From the NCBI GenBank assembly GCA_963664395.2, contig OY761159.2:768001-832000 (forward strand): DNA of 64,000 bases. Direction: 5' to 3'. Each line of letters starts with the position of its first letter. Position 1 is the first letter of the stretch. Positions 29,075 through 37,756 of this stretch are shown one piece after another. The DNA is from Candidatus Binatia bacterium (GTDB taxonomy: Bacteria > Desulfobacterota > Binatia > Bin18). The position numbers and the translations under genes were made by a program. Below the pieces are notes generated by a model. The model was not told where the DNA came from and did not search any database. It saw only the letters and a list, made by a program, of their open reading frames with translations.

Positions 29075-29171
29075 CCCCCTCGCCCCCTTGGGGGAGAGGG
29101 CTAGGGTGAGGGGGAATCTTCGTATCGAACAACGCCCCTCACCCCGCCCCTCTCCCTAGCCTGGGAGAGGG
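29075..29171. repeat. inverted pair of REP-like palindromic elements
   Basis: CCCCCTCGCCCCCTTGGGGGAGAGGGCTAGGGTGAGGGG, a ~20-bp spacer, then CCCCTCACCCCGCCCCTCTCCCTAGCCTGGGAGAGGG. Confidence 0.75.
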
Positions 29172-29182
29172 AGCAAAAATAT

Positions 29183-30460
29183 ATGTCTCGGTATGTAACC
29201 CGCCGTCAATTCTTCAGCTTGGCCGGGAGTCTCTCTTTTGCCAGTGTGCTGACGCGCCGGGTGCGAGCGAATACACGCGCCAGGGTAGTCGTCGTTGGCG
29301 GTGGTTTTGGCGGGGCGACCTGCGCAAAGTATTTACGCCTGGCCGACCCCAGCCTTGAGGTCACGCTGGTGACACCGCAGCGTCAGTTTATCACCTGTCC
29401 ATTCAGCAACGCGGCCCTGGTCGGGCTTCGTCCGCTCACCTCGTTGACCCATACCTACCAACGGCTCCGGGAAGGCTATGGCGTGCAGATTATCCAGGCG
29501 CAGGCAGACCAACTCGATCCGACCACGCAGAGGATCACACTCAGTGATGGGTGTACTTTGGCCTATGACAAACTTGTTTTATCCCCTGGTGTTGAACTGC
29601 GCTGGGACGCGATAGCGGGCTACGATGCTGAAGCCTGTGCAGTGTTCCCGCACGCCTGGCAGGCCGGTTCACAAACGCGGCTGCTACGTCGCCAACTGGA
29701 ATCTATGGAAGACGGCGGGCTGGTGGTGATCAGCGCGCCGGAGACGCCCTACCGCTGTCCGCCGGGGCCGTACGAGCGGGCCAGTTTGATCGCCCACTAT
29801 CTCAAAACCCATAAGCCAAAATCAAAAGTCTTGCTGCTCGATGCCAAGGACAGCTTTACCAAGGACAAGCTGTTTCTAGCCGCGTGGGAGCGGCTGTATC
29901 CCGGCCTGCTCGAATGGGTGTCGGGCGCGCAGGGCGGGCGGGTCACCCAGGTCGATACACGGACCGGCATCGTTCGCACGGAGTTTGACGAGTATAAACC
30001 AGCCGTGGCCAATATCATTGCCCCACAGCGCGCGGCGGCGATTGCGCGGGCGGGCGGCATCGATGCCGGCACGGGCTGGTGCCCCGTATACGGCGGCACA
30101 TTCGAATCCCGCGTACACCCCAACATTCACATTATTGGCGACGCAGCGATCGCCAGCCCCATGCCCAAATCCGCCTTTAGCGCCAATAATCAGGCCAAGG
30201 TCTGCGCCGCGGCCATTGTGGCACTGCTCCGGGGCGAGCCGGTTGCACAGCCAGCGTTGATGAATACCTGTTACAGTCTGGTCGCGCCCGATTACGGCAT
30301 CTCTATTAGTGCTGTGTATTCCGTTGAAAACGACGCGATTCAGGTTGTTCCAGGGTCGAGCGGCACGAGCCCGCTTGACGCGCCGGAGACAACGCGCGCG
30401 CTCGAAGCAGCCTATGCGCGCTCGTGGTACGCCAATATTACCGCCGATACGTTTGGGTAA
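29183..30460 (+). CDS. fccB: flavocytochrome c sulfide dehydrogenase flavoprotein (FccB/SoxF-like)
   Basis: Tat TRRQF, GGGFGG, TCPFSN, YRCPPGPYERAS, MPKSAFSAN, NTCYSL. Confidence 0.88.
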   Translation: MSRYVTRRQFFSLAGSLSFASVLTRRVRANTRARVVVVGGGFGGATCAKYLRLADPSLEVTLVTPQRQFITCPFSNAALVGLRPLTSLTHTYQRLREGYGVQIIQAQADQLDPTTQRITLSDGCTLAYDKLVLSPGVELRWDAIAGYDAEACAVFPHAWQAGSQTRLLRRQLESMEDGGLVVISAPETPYRCPPGPYERASLIAHYLKTHKPKSKVLLLDAKDSFTKDKLFLAAWERLYPGLLEWVSGAQGGRVTQVDTRTGIVRTEFDEYKPAVANIIAPQRAAAIARAGGIDAGTGWCPVYGGTFESRVHPNIHIIGDAAIASPMPKSAFSANNQAKVCAAAIVALLRGEPVAQPALMNTCYSLVAPDYGISISAVYSVENDAIQVVPGSSGTSPLDAPETTRALEAAYARSWYANITADTFG

Positions 30461-30473
30461 AGGCGACGCTACG

Positions 30474-31712
30474 ATGCACGGAAGCTATTGGAAAGCTCTT
30501 GTCATTCAGGTGTGGGTCGGACTTCTGGTGCTGAGCGATCTCTGCGCCCAGGGGAATCAGCAACTCGACGATTCGCAGACCCGGCATGAAGGGATTCCCA
30601 CCCCGTTGACCGACCAGCCCGGTGATGCGGAGCGGGGGCGGCATATTGTGCTCGACCGGGAGCGCGGCGATTGTGTGGTATGTCATGCCCTGCCACTGCC
30701 CGAACGTCGGTTCCACGGTACGGTGGGGCTGCCCTTGGACAACGTTGGGAGTCGCTATACCGCCGCGGAGTTGCGCCTGCGGCTGCTAGACCCCAAAGCG
30801 CCAAATCCCCACTCCATCATGCCGGCGTATCATACGGTGGAAGGTCGGCATTCCGTACTCGAAGCCTACCGGGGCAAGCCGATCCTCACCGCGCAGGAAA
30901 TCGAAGATGTTGTGGCTTATCTCTTGACCCTTCGTCAGGACGCTCCACAGGCTGCACAGGCTCTCCAAACTCCGAGCAGTTCGCAGCACGAGACTTCCCC
31001 ATACAGCGTCGAAGGCCGTCGCTCCGGCTATACCTATCTGTCGGAGGAACACAGACAGTTACAGGACGACGTGTTTGGCAATCCGGGGATGTTATGGGTC
31101 GAACGCGGTCGCGCGTTATGGGACCAGCCCCAGGGCGACCGCCAACAGGCCTGCGCCAGTTGTCATGGAGACGCGGCAACCAGCCTGCGCGGGGTGCGTA
31201 CCCGCTATCCGCAATTCGATCCACGCACAAAAAAACTCATCAATCTGGAGCAACGGATTAACCACTGCCGCACCGAGCAGCTCCGGGTCGAAGCCTACCC
31301 GTATGAATCCGAAGCCCTGTTGGCGCTCAGCACCTTTGTAAGTTTTCAGTCACGCGGGATGCCGCTTAGCGTAGATATCAAGGGACCGGCCGCACCGTTT
31401 TTCGAGGCGGGCAAAGCGTTCTTCATGCGCCGCCGCGGCCAACTCGACATGGCGTGTAGCCATTGCCATGATGAGTACGCCGGGCAACGCCTGCGGGGTG
31501 AGGTCGTCAGCCAGGGACAGACCAACGGTTTCCCTGTCTATCGGCTGAGCTGGCAAACGCTGGGATCAACGCACCGCATGTTTGCCCGGTGCAACACCGC
31601 AATCCGTGCCCAACCCCTGGCCTACGGGGCGGACGACTACGTGAATCTGGAATTGTATATGGCCTGGCGTGGTCGTGGCTTGCCGGTAGAAACACCGGGC
31701 GTGCGCCGGTAA
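30474..31712 (+). CDS. fused SoxX-SoxA c-type cytochrome
   Basis: SoxX half: GDAERGR, CVVCH, SIMPAY. SoxA half: NPGMLWV, CASCH, LEQRINHC, CSHCH, FPVYRLSWQ, RMFARC, ETPGVRR. One continuous frame. Confidence 0.87.
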   Translation: MHGSYWKALVIQVWVGLLVLSDLCAQGNQQLDDSQTRHEGIPTPLTDQPGDAERGRHIVLDRERGDCVVCHALPLPERRFHGTVGLPLDNVGSRYTAAELRLRLLDPKAPNPHSIMPAYHTVEGRHSVLEAYRGKPILTAQEIEDVVAYLLTLRQDAPQAAQALQTPSSSQHETSPYSVEGRRSGYTYLSEEHRQLQDDVFGNPGMLWVERGRALWDQPQGDRQQACASCHGDAATSLRGVRTRYPQFDPRTKKLINLEQRINHCRTEQLRVEAYPYESEALLALSTFVSFQSRGMPLSVDIKGPAAPFFEAGKAFFMRRRGQLDMACSHCHDEYAGQRLRGEVVSQGQTNGFPVYRLSWQTLGSTHRMFARCNTAIRAQPLAYGADDYVNLELYMAWRGRGLPVETPGVRR

Positions 31713-31798
31713 AGGAAGGAACGGGGAAAGGTATTAAGCTTACCTAACCTACTGCGATAGAGCCATGACCCTTTATCTCTCGCTATCTCTATTCAGAG

Positions 31799-32419
31799 TT
31801 AGCCTTTTATGACTGCAAGTAGGATGATTCGCGTCGTTCGACAAAACCGTTCCAATAGAAGCGGTGAGAAACGACTGGACAGCAACATTTTCCCGGGTGT
31901 TATGGCGTTAACATTCGCCCCATAGTACTTGCGCACCACTTCATCGAACCTGCGTCTTGTCCCAGTATTACCGTGAGCGATGTGATTCCTCACTTTTCTC
32001 AAATTGGAGATGAATTGCCCATGCCTAATAACCGTATCAATAAAGTGTTCATTCGTTGGGAATAAGTACTCAAGATTCTTCTTGATTTCTCCCGCCCCAC
32101 CCCATCGAAGTCGCAATTTTTCTTTTTCTGAGGCCGGACGCCCGAAAGTACGCATCGCGTCTCGGGCACGCTCAAAGCTCCGTGTCGGGTTGGGTCTCTG
32201 TAGCAGAGGAGAGGAGCCATCACAGTACTTCGCCCCACAAATTAATCGGCAGGCTGAGTCCTCAATAATTGCTTCAAATAGGGAGTAGAGACGAACAGCT
32301 ATCATTTCAGCAACATACAGACGTGGAAGATCATCAACGGACTGGAGACCTGACACCAAGGTTAGCGCTGTTGCTGTGGTACGGTGAATTTGATCGGCCT
32401 GCGGAAGCAATGTCGACAT
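31799..32419 (-). CDS. HEPN-domain putative ribonuclease
   Basis: N-terminal RLYSLFE helix and the Rx4H motif RNHIAH. AT-richer. Start is 2 nt downstream of the DUF262 gene stop. Confidence 0.7.
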   Translation of the reverse strand: MSTLLPQADQIHRTTATALTLVSGLQSVDDLPRLYVAEMIAVRLYSLFEAIIEDSACRLICGAKYCDGSSPLLQRPNPTRSFERARDAMRTFGRPASEKEKLRLRWGGAGEIKKNLEYLFPTNEHFIDTVIRHGQFISNLRKVRNHIAHGNTGTRRRFDEVVRKYYGANVNAITPGKMLLSSRFSPLLLERFCRTTRIILLAVIKG

Positions 32420-32421
32420 CG

Positions 32422-33426
32422 CTAGTTCAGAAACTTGCTAATATAGCGCCTACGTATTTTCCGATTGGCAATACGCTGCGTGCTTGCACGACATGCTTCG
32501 TAGAATTCACTATCCGTTCTAGGGCGTTCATTCGGAGGCTTGTCAGAATTGAACCGCTCGTCAACCTCACGAAGCGCGTCTTCGAGTTTCCTTCCACTAA
32601 CATGAGGATTCTCGTCAAGAACAAGCACCAAGGAGAAAAACACTGGACTCCTGGAGAAAATCGTTTCACGGATTGTTTCTGCCGATAGCGATGCGATACG
32701 AGAAAGTACGGAATCAAGCCTCTTCTTGATGTCCGACGCTTCCTGAAAACTTTCTTCGTTATCGGCATAAATTTTATTAAGCCTTGAGCTTGAGAAGTCC
32801 GATAATCCCTTCAGCATGTTCAAGACAATATCGGAGATAAATTCGATTTCTTGCATTCTGGCAATATCGTTTGCAGTGAATATCTTTAGATCTCTCCACA
32901 ACGAGACACGGGAAGCAGCCTCACGGAGGCAGAACTGTTTAAATTCTCCACTGAAAGCCGCGTTACGCTTCTCTTGAGAGTTGAGTGTTTTCGCAACTGA
33001 ATTCAAGCGTCCGAAAACTTCGATCACATCCTCATCTGTTGCCCCCAGAAGCCAACCACCAGAAAGTTTTGTTTCGCGAAAACTTCGCTTCTGGGCTGAG
33101 GAAAGTTGATTGTATGTCACTTTTCTCCCGTAAACCGGGTGGAAGGCGGAAAAGCCCTCTTTGGCATATTCAAGGATTGCTCGGATTCGTTGCTGCCCAT
33201 CGACAACCTCTCTAAGACTCTTATCTTGCTCAAGATCGACGTTGTGGCGAAAGTAAAGCGTTGGTACAGGGTTTTGCTCGAACAGAGTGTTGAGAAGGTA
33301 TGATTTCTGTGGTTGAGTCCATACGGAGCGGCGCTGGTACCAGGGATTTAACTTGAGTTCTTGATGTTTTTCCCAGTTAATTAAGTCTTGGACGATAAGA
33401 GATTCATAGTCGACACGGTCCATCAT
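32422..33426 (-). CDS. DUF262 (ParB-like/GmrS-like) domain protein
   Basis: YQRRSVW, VVDGQQR, VFGRLNS, LNSQEKRNA. Confidence 0.87.
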   Translation of the reverse strand: MMDRVDYESLIVQDLINWEKHQELKLNPWYQRRSVWTQPQKSYLLNTLFEQNPVPTLYFRHNVDLEQDKSLREVVDGQQRIRAILEYAKEGFSAFHPVYGRKVTYNQLSSAQKRSFRETKLSGGWLLGATDEDVIEVFGRLNSVAKTLNSQEKRNAAFSGEFKQFCLREAASRVSLWRDLKIFTANDIARMQEIEFISDIVLNMLKGLSDFSSSRLNKIYADNEESFQEASDIKKRLDSVLSRIASLSAETIRETIFSRSPVFFSLVLVLDENPHVSGRKLEDALREVDERFNSDKPPNERPRTDSEFYEACRASTQRIANRKIRRRYISKFLN

Positions 33427-33715
33427 CTACTCCCTTCGACACTCACCAGCGAAGTTGGAGAGAAGTCGGTCTCTACTTTGCTTCAGTCAATTTACAGGTG
33501 GGGAAGCTCAATATCCTCGTGAGCCTTTAGATTCAAGTATAAAAACTTATTCCTCATCTCCACCTCTATTTTACGCCTGCCCTACACCTCTCCCCGCGGT
33601 ACCGGGACACCCGGAATCTTCACCCGCATCCTACCCATCTCACCAAACGTGGTGATAAACAAAGTCTTCCAGTCATCGCCCCGCCCAGCGGTGGGGGCGT
33701 CATAGCTCAGCCCTA

Positions 33716-34516
33716 TTACCGGCCGTTCGCAGCATGAAGCGCACTGCGGATTATCACCCCCTCACGGGTCAGGGCCTCTCGAAGTGTCTGCAGTATCTCC
33801 GGAGCCTGCATCAACTCGCCCGATATGGCAATGCTTTCTGCGTCAAGCGCGAGCTCTTTGCCACCCGTGGTCGTGACCTTCCCCTCGGTGACAACTCTCA
33901 TGACGAGTCGTACTGCTTCTTCCACACTGTCCTCGCCGTGCCCGTACGTCAGGTCTCCGTCGTCCTTGTATCCTAACCCTGGGTAGAACTCTTTGACGAC
34001 CCGCATCCCCAGTTGCTCGGCGACTTCCAGGACGGGATAGCGCGGAAGCGCTGGGAGGTAGGCCACGATGTCCGAGTTCACCGCTTGAAATCCCTCAAGC
34101 ATCGCTCGGGTATTCTCCTCGCTGAGCTGCGCCCACACGTAAAACGCACTATGTGGCTTGGCCGCCTCAAGCCGCAATCCTGCTGCTTCGGCAAAGGCTT
34201 TCAGCGCCCCGAGTTGATACACAACATAATCCTTGCCCTCTTGGGGAGTGATGTGCATGAGTCTCCGGCCGAAACCCAGCATGTCGGGAAAGCCCGGATG
34301 GCCCCCGACTGTCACACCGTACTTCTTGGCACTCTCGACAGAGCGACGGACCCAGCTGGGATCACCTGCGTGAAAGCCACACGCGATGTTGGCGTGACTA
34401 ATCCCTCGCATCACCTCCTCAGGCCGCCCCAGCACATAGTTACCAAAGGATTCACCCACATCGCTGTTGAGATCAATCCAAGTTCTGGTGGTTCTGGTGG
34501 TTCTCGTGGTTCTCAT
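33716..34516 (-). CDS. LamB/YcsF (PxpA-like) protein, divergent
   Basis: DLNSDVGESFG, ANIACGFHAGDP, HPGFPDMLGFGRR. KPHSAFY and ISGE differ from the usual KPHGALY and HGD. Confidence 0.8.
   Translation of the reverse strand: MRTTRTTRTTRTWIDLNSDVGESFGNYVLGRPEEVMRGISHANIACGFHAGDPSWVRRSVESAKKYGVTVGGHPGFPDMLGFGRRLMHITPQEGKDYVVYQLGALKAFAEAAGLRLEAAKPHSAFYVWAQLSEENTRAMLEGFQAVNSDIVAYLPALPRYPVLEVAEQLGMRVVKEFYPGLGYKDDGDLTYGHGEDSVEEAVRLVMRVVTEGKVTTTGGKELALDAESIAISGELMQAPEILQTLREALTREGVIIRSALHAANGR
34482..34516. repeat. 9-bp in-frame tandem repeat (~4 copies)
   Basis: GTTCTGGTG GTTCTGGTG GTTCTCGTG GTTCTCAT, encoding MRTTRTTRTTRT. Confidence 0.8.
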
Positions 34517-34602
34517 GCTCAAACCTCCTCACCCGTCTGAGAAAAATCGGACGTTCCGTTTTGTCACGCCTGCCCACACTCGCTACGCCGCCCGGCCAGA
34601 AG

Positions 34603-35004
34603 TCACTCGAACTCCGAAGCTCCGGTTGCGGGTGGATATTCGTTCCACCACTCCCGGAATACGCGACACTGGCCACTCTCGGTCAGGGTGATCAAAAAGA
34701 TCCCTTCCATTTTGACGGCTTGGCCCGTCTGCACGGATTCCATCGATGCCCACCAGCGCGCGAGGTAGCGCCCGTCTTCGGTCATCGCCAGGGGTTCATA
34801 ACCGAACGTAATCCCGGCCTGGTTCCCCTGGGTAGCCGTCTCCCAGGCGCGTCGGATCGCCGGCTGACCTGTGATCGGCTCGGCAAACGGACCCCAGACG
34901 TAGGTCCCGTCCTCGGTGAAGAGTGCTGCCGCGGCGGACGGGTCCTGGTTCTCCCAGGCCCTGCCGTAGGCATCCAGCCAGACGTTGAGCGCCTCGAAAC
35001 CCAT
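34603..35004 (-). CDS. SnoaL-like/NTF2 family protein
   Basis: WLDAYGRAWENQD...LFTED...CRVFREWW. Start trimmed to ATG 35004. Confidence 0.8.
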   Translation of the reverse strand: MGFEALNVWLDAYGRAWENQDPSAAAALFTEDGTYVWGPFAEPITGQPAIRRAWETATQGNQAGITFGYEPLAMTEDGRYLARWWASMESVQTGQAVKMEGIFLITLTESGQCRVFREWWNEYPPATGASEFE

Positions 35005-35185
35005 AGGAAGCTCCTTTCCTCGTTTTGTACGGTTGAAGCCCATACATAGCGCCCAACGGCGGATTGTCCAGAGGCGGCACTGCCTGTTCGTCTGCGTGGC
35101 TTGACAGCGGCATGATAAGCATTCCACAGTTGGGGCTACGCCCTGCGGGGCGTGTATTCGGAGCAGAGAGTGGGGAGGGCTGGCC

Positions 35186-35998
35186 ATGCGAGATTTCGCA
35201 ACCCTGGGCAAACGCAAAGCCGTGTTGGGCATGATTCACCTGCAACCGCTGCCCGGCACCGTGTTTTACGCGGACGGCAGTTTCAACCAAACCCTTGAGA
35301 CGGCGGTCGAGTCGGCCCGGGCGCTCCACCACGGCGGGGCGGACGGGTGTCTGGTGCAGACCGTCGATCGTATTTATAGCGTAAAAGACGAATCCGACCC
35401 GGCGCGTACGGCCGCCATGGGCCTCATTGTGCATGCCATTGTCCAGGCCACAGGCGCAGACTTCCAGGTCGGGGTGCAGTTGATGCGGAATGCGCTCAAA
35501 GCCTCGTTGGCAGTGGCAAAGGTGGCAGGGGGAAGTTTTATTCGGGCCGGCGCGCTGGTGGGCACGACGCTGACCGCGCACGGCATGGTCGAAGCGAATC
35601 CGCTCGACGTGATGGAATATCGCAAAAAGATCAACGCCTGGGATGTCAAAGTCATTGCCGAAGTCGACTCCATGCAATTCAAGTGGTTTGGCGAGCCTAA
35701 GCCGACCGCAGAGATCGCCCGGGGCGCAAAATATGTTGGGGCGGACGCGGTGTCGTTGGGCGCACCCGACGAAAACAGAACGCTGGAGATGATCGCCTCG
35801 GTACGGAAAGCCGTGCCGGGCCTGCCCATCATTTTGGCGGGCTACACCAACCACGATAACGCGGCACGGTTGCTGGCCGCAGCGGACGGAGCGTTTGTCG
35901 GCACCTGTCTGGAACGCGGCGGCTGGGGCGGGCAGATTGATGTCGAGCGGGTGAAGACCTATGTCGACATCGTGCGGGGACTGGAAGGAAAGGGATAG
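35186..35998 (+). CDS. BtpA/SgcQ family protein
   Basis: GMIHLQPLPG, GVQLMRN, GADAV, ADGAFVGT, IDVERV. Confidence 0.85.
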   Translation: MRDFATLGKRKAVLGMIHLQPLPGTVFYADGSFNQTLETAVESARALHHGGADGCLVQTVDRIYSVKDESDPARTAAMGLIVHAIVQATGADFQVGVQLMRNALKASLAVAKVAGGSFIRAGALVGTTLTAHGMVEANPLDVMEYRKKINAWDVKVIAEVDSMQFKWFGEPKPTAEIARGAKYVGADAVSLGAPDENRTLEMIASVRKAVPGLPIILAGYTNHDNAARLLAAADGAFVGTCLERGGWGGQIDVERVKTYVDIVRGLEGKG

Positions 35999-36002
35999 AA
36001 CC

Positions 36003-37142
36003 ATGGAGCCACTCAAACCGGAGGTGATGTTCGGGCAGGTCGCAGGCTTAGCAGACGATTTACGCCAGTTGACCCGCCCGTTTGAGCAGCAAGTGCGGGC
36101 GGTTCTCACGCCATCGGAATGGCAGGCGGTGAAAAAAGTCTACCTCACCGGAGACGGGGATTCCTACCATGCCTCATGTGCCGCTGAGATGGCCTTTCAG
36201 GTCATTGCCGACGTGGCCTGCGAACCGCTGAGCGCGCAGCGTTTTCTGGATTATGGGGCGGCCTGGATGCGCCCCGCTGCGCCGCCGCACACCCTGGTGA
36301 TTGCAACCTCGGCCTCAGGCGGTACCGAGCGCGTCGTGCAGGCGATTGAACGTGCCAAAGAGTACGGCGCACTCACCGTGGCCTTAACCGGAACACCCAA
36401 CAGTGCAGTCACCCAAGTGGCGGACCGGAGCGTCGTGGTCGAACTGCCCCATAAAGAACGCTCTCCAGGGATTCGCACCTACCAGGCCAGCCTGGTGGGC
36501 ATGCTGTTAGTTGCGATACAGTTGGCTGAACGGCAAGGCAGGTACGCGCAAGAAGAAACAGACCGTCTGCGCCAAGAGCTCATTGCGCTCGCCGATGTCG
36601 TGGACGCGACCACGAACGCGATTCAGGCAGGCTGTCGAGAGGTGGCGGACCTGATTGCCGCCAGCCCCATTGTGGTCATGCTGGGCAGTGGGCCGAGTTA
36701 TGGCACCGCCCTCTACAGCGCGGCAAAGCTGGTCGAAGCCGCGGGTGTTTTTACGCTGGGGCAGGACTTGGAAGAGTGGTGGCATGTTGAACGATTTGCC
36801 TACCCGCTGGACATGCCGGTTTTTGTGATCGCCCCGCCGGGTCGCTCGCACTGGCGGGCGCAGAGCGTGGCAGCAACGGCGCACGGCTTGGGCCGCCGGG
36901 TCATTGCCGTGACGCACACAGACGATACCGAGGTCACCCGCCATGCTCACATGGTGTTACCCGTCCAGGGCGAGGTGCGCGAGGAGTTTTCGCCTCTGCT
37001 CTACCCTCTCTTTGCCGGCTATGTGGCGGCCCATGTCGCCGAGCGTTTAGGCCGCTGTCCCTTCCAAAGCGACCGGCCCGAATTACTCCGGTCGGTAAAC
37101 GAATACTTCGCCAGCCAGCGACAGGATGCGGGGAGGGATTAG
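36003..37142 (+). CDS. double-SIS domain protein (GlmS C-terminal/FrlB/AgaS-like)
   Basis: GDGDSYH, SASGGT, ALTG, GSGPSYG, EEWWH. Confidence 0.85.
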   Translation: MEPLKPEVMFGQVAGLADDLRQLTRPFEQQVRAVLTPSEWQAVKKVYLTGDGDSYHASCAAEMAFQVIADVACEPLSAQRFLDYGAAWMRPAAPPHTLVIATSASGGTERVVQAIERAKEYGALTVALTGTPNSAVTQVADRSVVVELPHKERSPGIRTYQASLVGMLLVAIQLAERQGRYAQEETDRLRQELIALADVVDATTNAIQAGCREVADLIAASPIVVMLGSGPSYGTALYSAAKLVEAAGVFTLGQDLEEWWHVERFAYPLDMPVFVIAPPGRSHWRAQSVAATAHGLGRRVIAVTHTDDTEVTRHAHMVLPVQGEVREEFSPLLYPLFAGYVAAHVAERLGRCPFQSDRPELLRSVNEYFASQRQDAGRD

Positions 37143-37150
37143 ACGAATCT

Positions 37151-37412
37151 TTAGCTACTCTTATAGACGTGACGGCGATGACCTATTTTGACGACCGTGA
37201 TGATGAGCTCGGTGTCCCTGATTTCATAAATGATGCGGTACACCTTGGCGAACTCGGAATCTTTCCTGGCCTGATAGTTTCTCGCACCCCTCGGGTCGAG
37301 GGTTCCCGGCCAGTGCTTCAATGCGCTTGAGAATGCGGGCAACATCCCGCTTTGGGATTGAACGTAAATCCTTGGCAACAGACTTCCTGAAAATCAGCCT
37401 ATAGTTTGCCAT
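37151..37412 (-). pseudogene. RelE/ParE family toxin, frameshifted
   Basis: MANYRLIFRKSVAKDL...NPRPEGCEKLSGQERFRVRQG, then a frame change near 37240 to YRIIYEIRD...VVKIGHRRHVY. Confidence 0.82.
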
Positions 37413-37632
37413 GCGCCTGTAAGTCGTTCAGGAGTTCTTCGTAGCTCAGGGTGGGCTCGGTTGCGCGCTGCTGGAACGCAGCCAGGTCTTCTTGATCTTC
37501 CGCAAGTGCTGCGCGAACCGCCTCATTGACAATGGCGGATACCGAACATTGCGAGTGGGCCGCCTTGAGTCGTAACGCTGCATGAAGCTGAGGATCAAAA
37601 TAGATCGTAGAACGTTTGGATGCTTCACCCAT
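37399..37632 (-). CDS. CopG/RHH-type antitoxin
   Basis: KRSTIYFD...ALRLKAA...SVSAIVNEAVR plus an acidic tail. Overlaps the toxin start. Confidence 0.85.
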   Translation of the reverse strand: MGEASKRSTIYFDPQLHAALRLKAAHSQCSVSAIVNEAVRAALAEDQEDLAAFQQRATEPTLSYEELLNDLQAHGKL

Positions 37633-37649
37633 GACACAAAACCTCCTTG

Positions 37650-37691
37650 TGTGACGGTAGCGTCACAGCGTCACGGCGTCACGGCATCACG
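37650..37691. promoter_or_regulatory. putative TA operator (palindrome plus 8-bp direct repeats)
   Basis: TGTGACG-gtag-CGTCACA palindrome overlapping GCGTCACA GCGTCACG GCGTCACG GCATCACG, just upstream of the antitoxin RBS. Confidence 0.6.
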
Positions 37692-37756
37692 GCAGCTGTG
37701 GCGTTGGAGTATAAATCCGCAGGACAGGTCAGCGGAGCGTTATCGGGTCTGCATCT

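Noticed and set aside
27914-31712. Calling this a canonical Sox thiosulfate oxidation pathway
   Set aside because: SoxY lacks the GGCGG arm, and soxB and soxCD are absent from the window.
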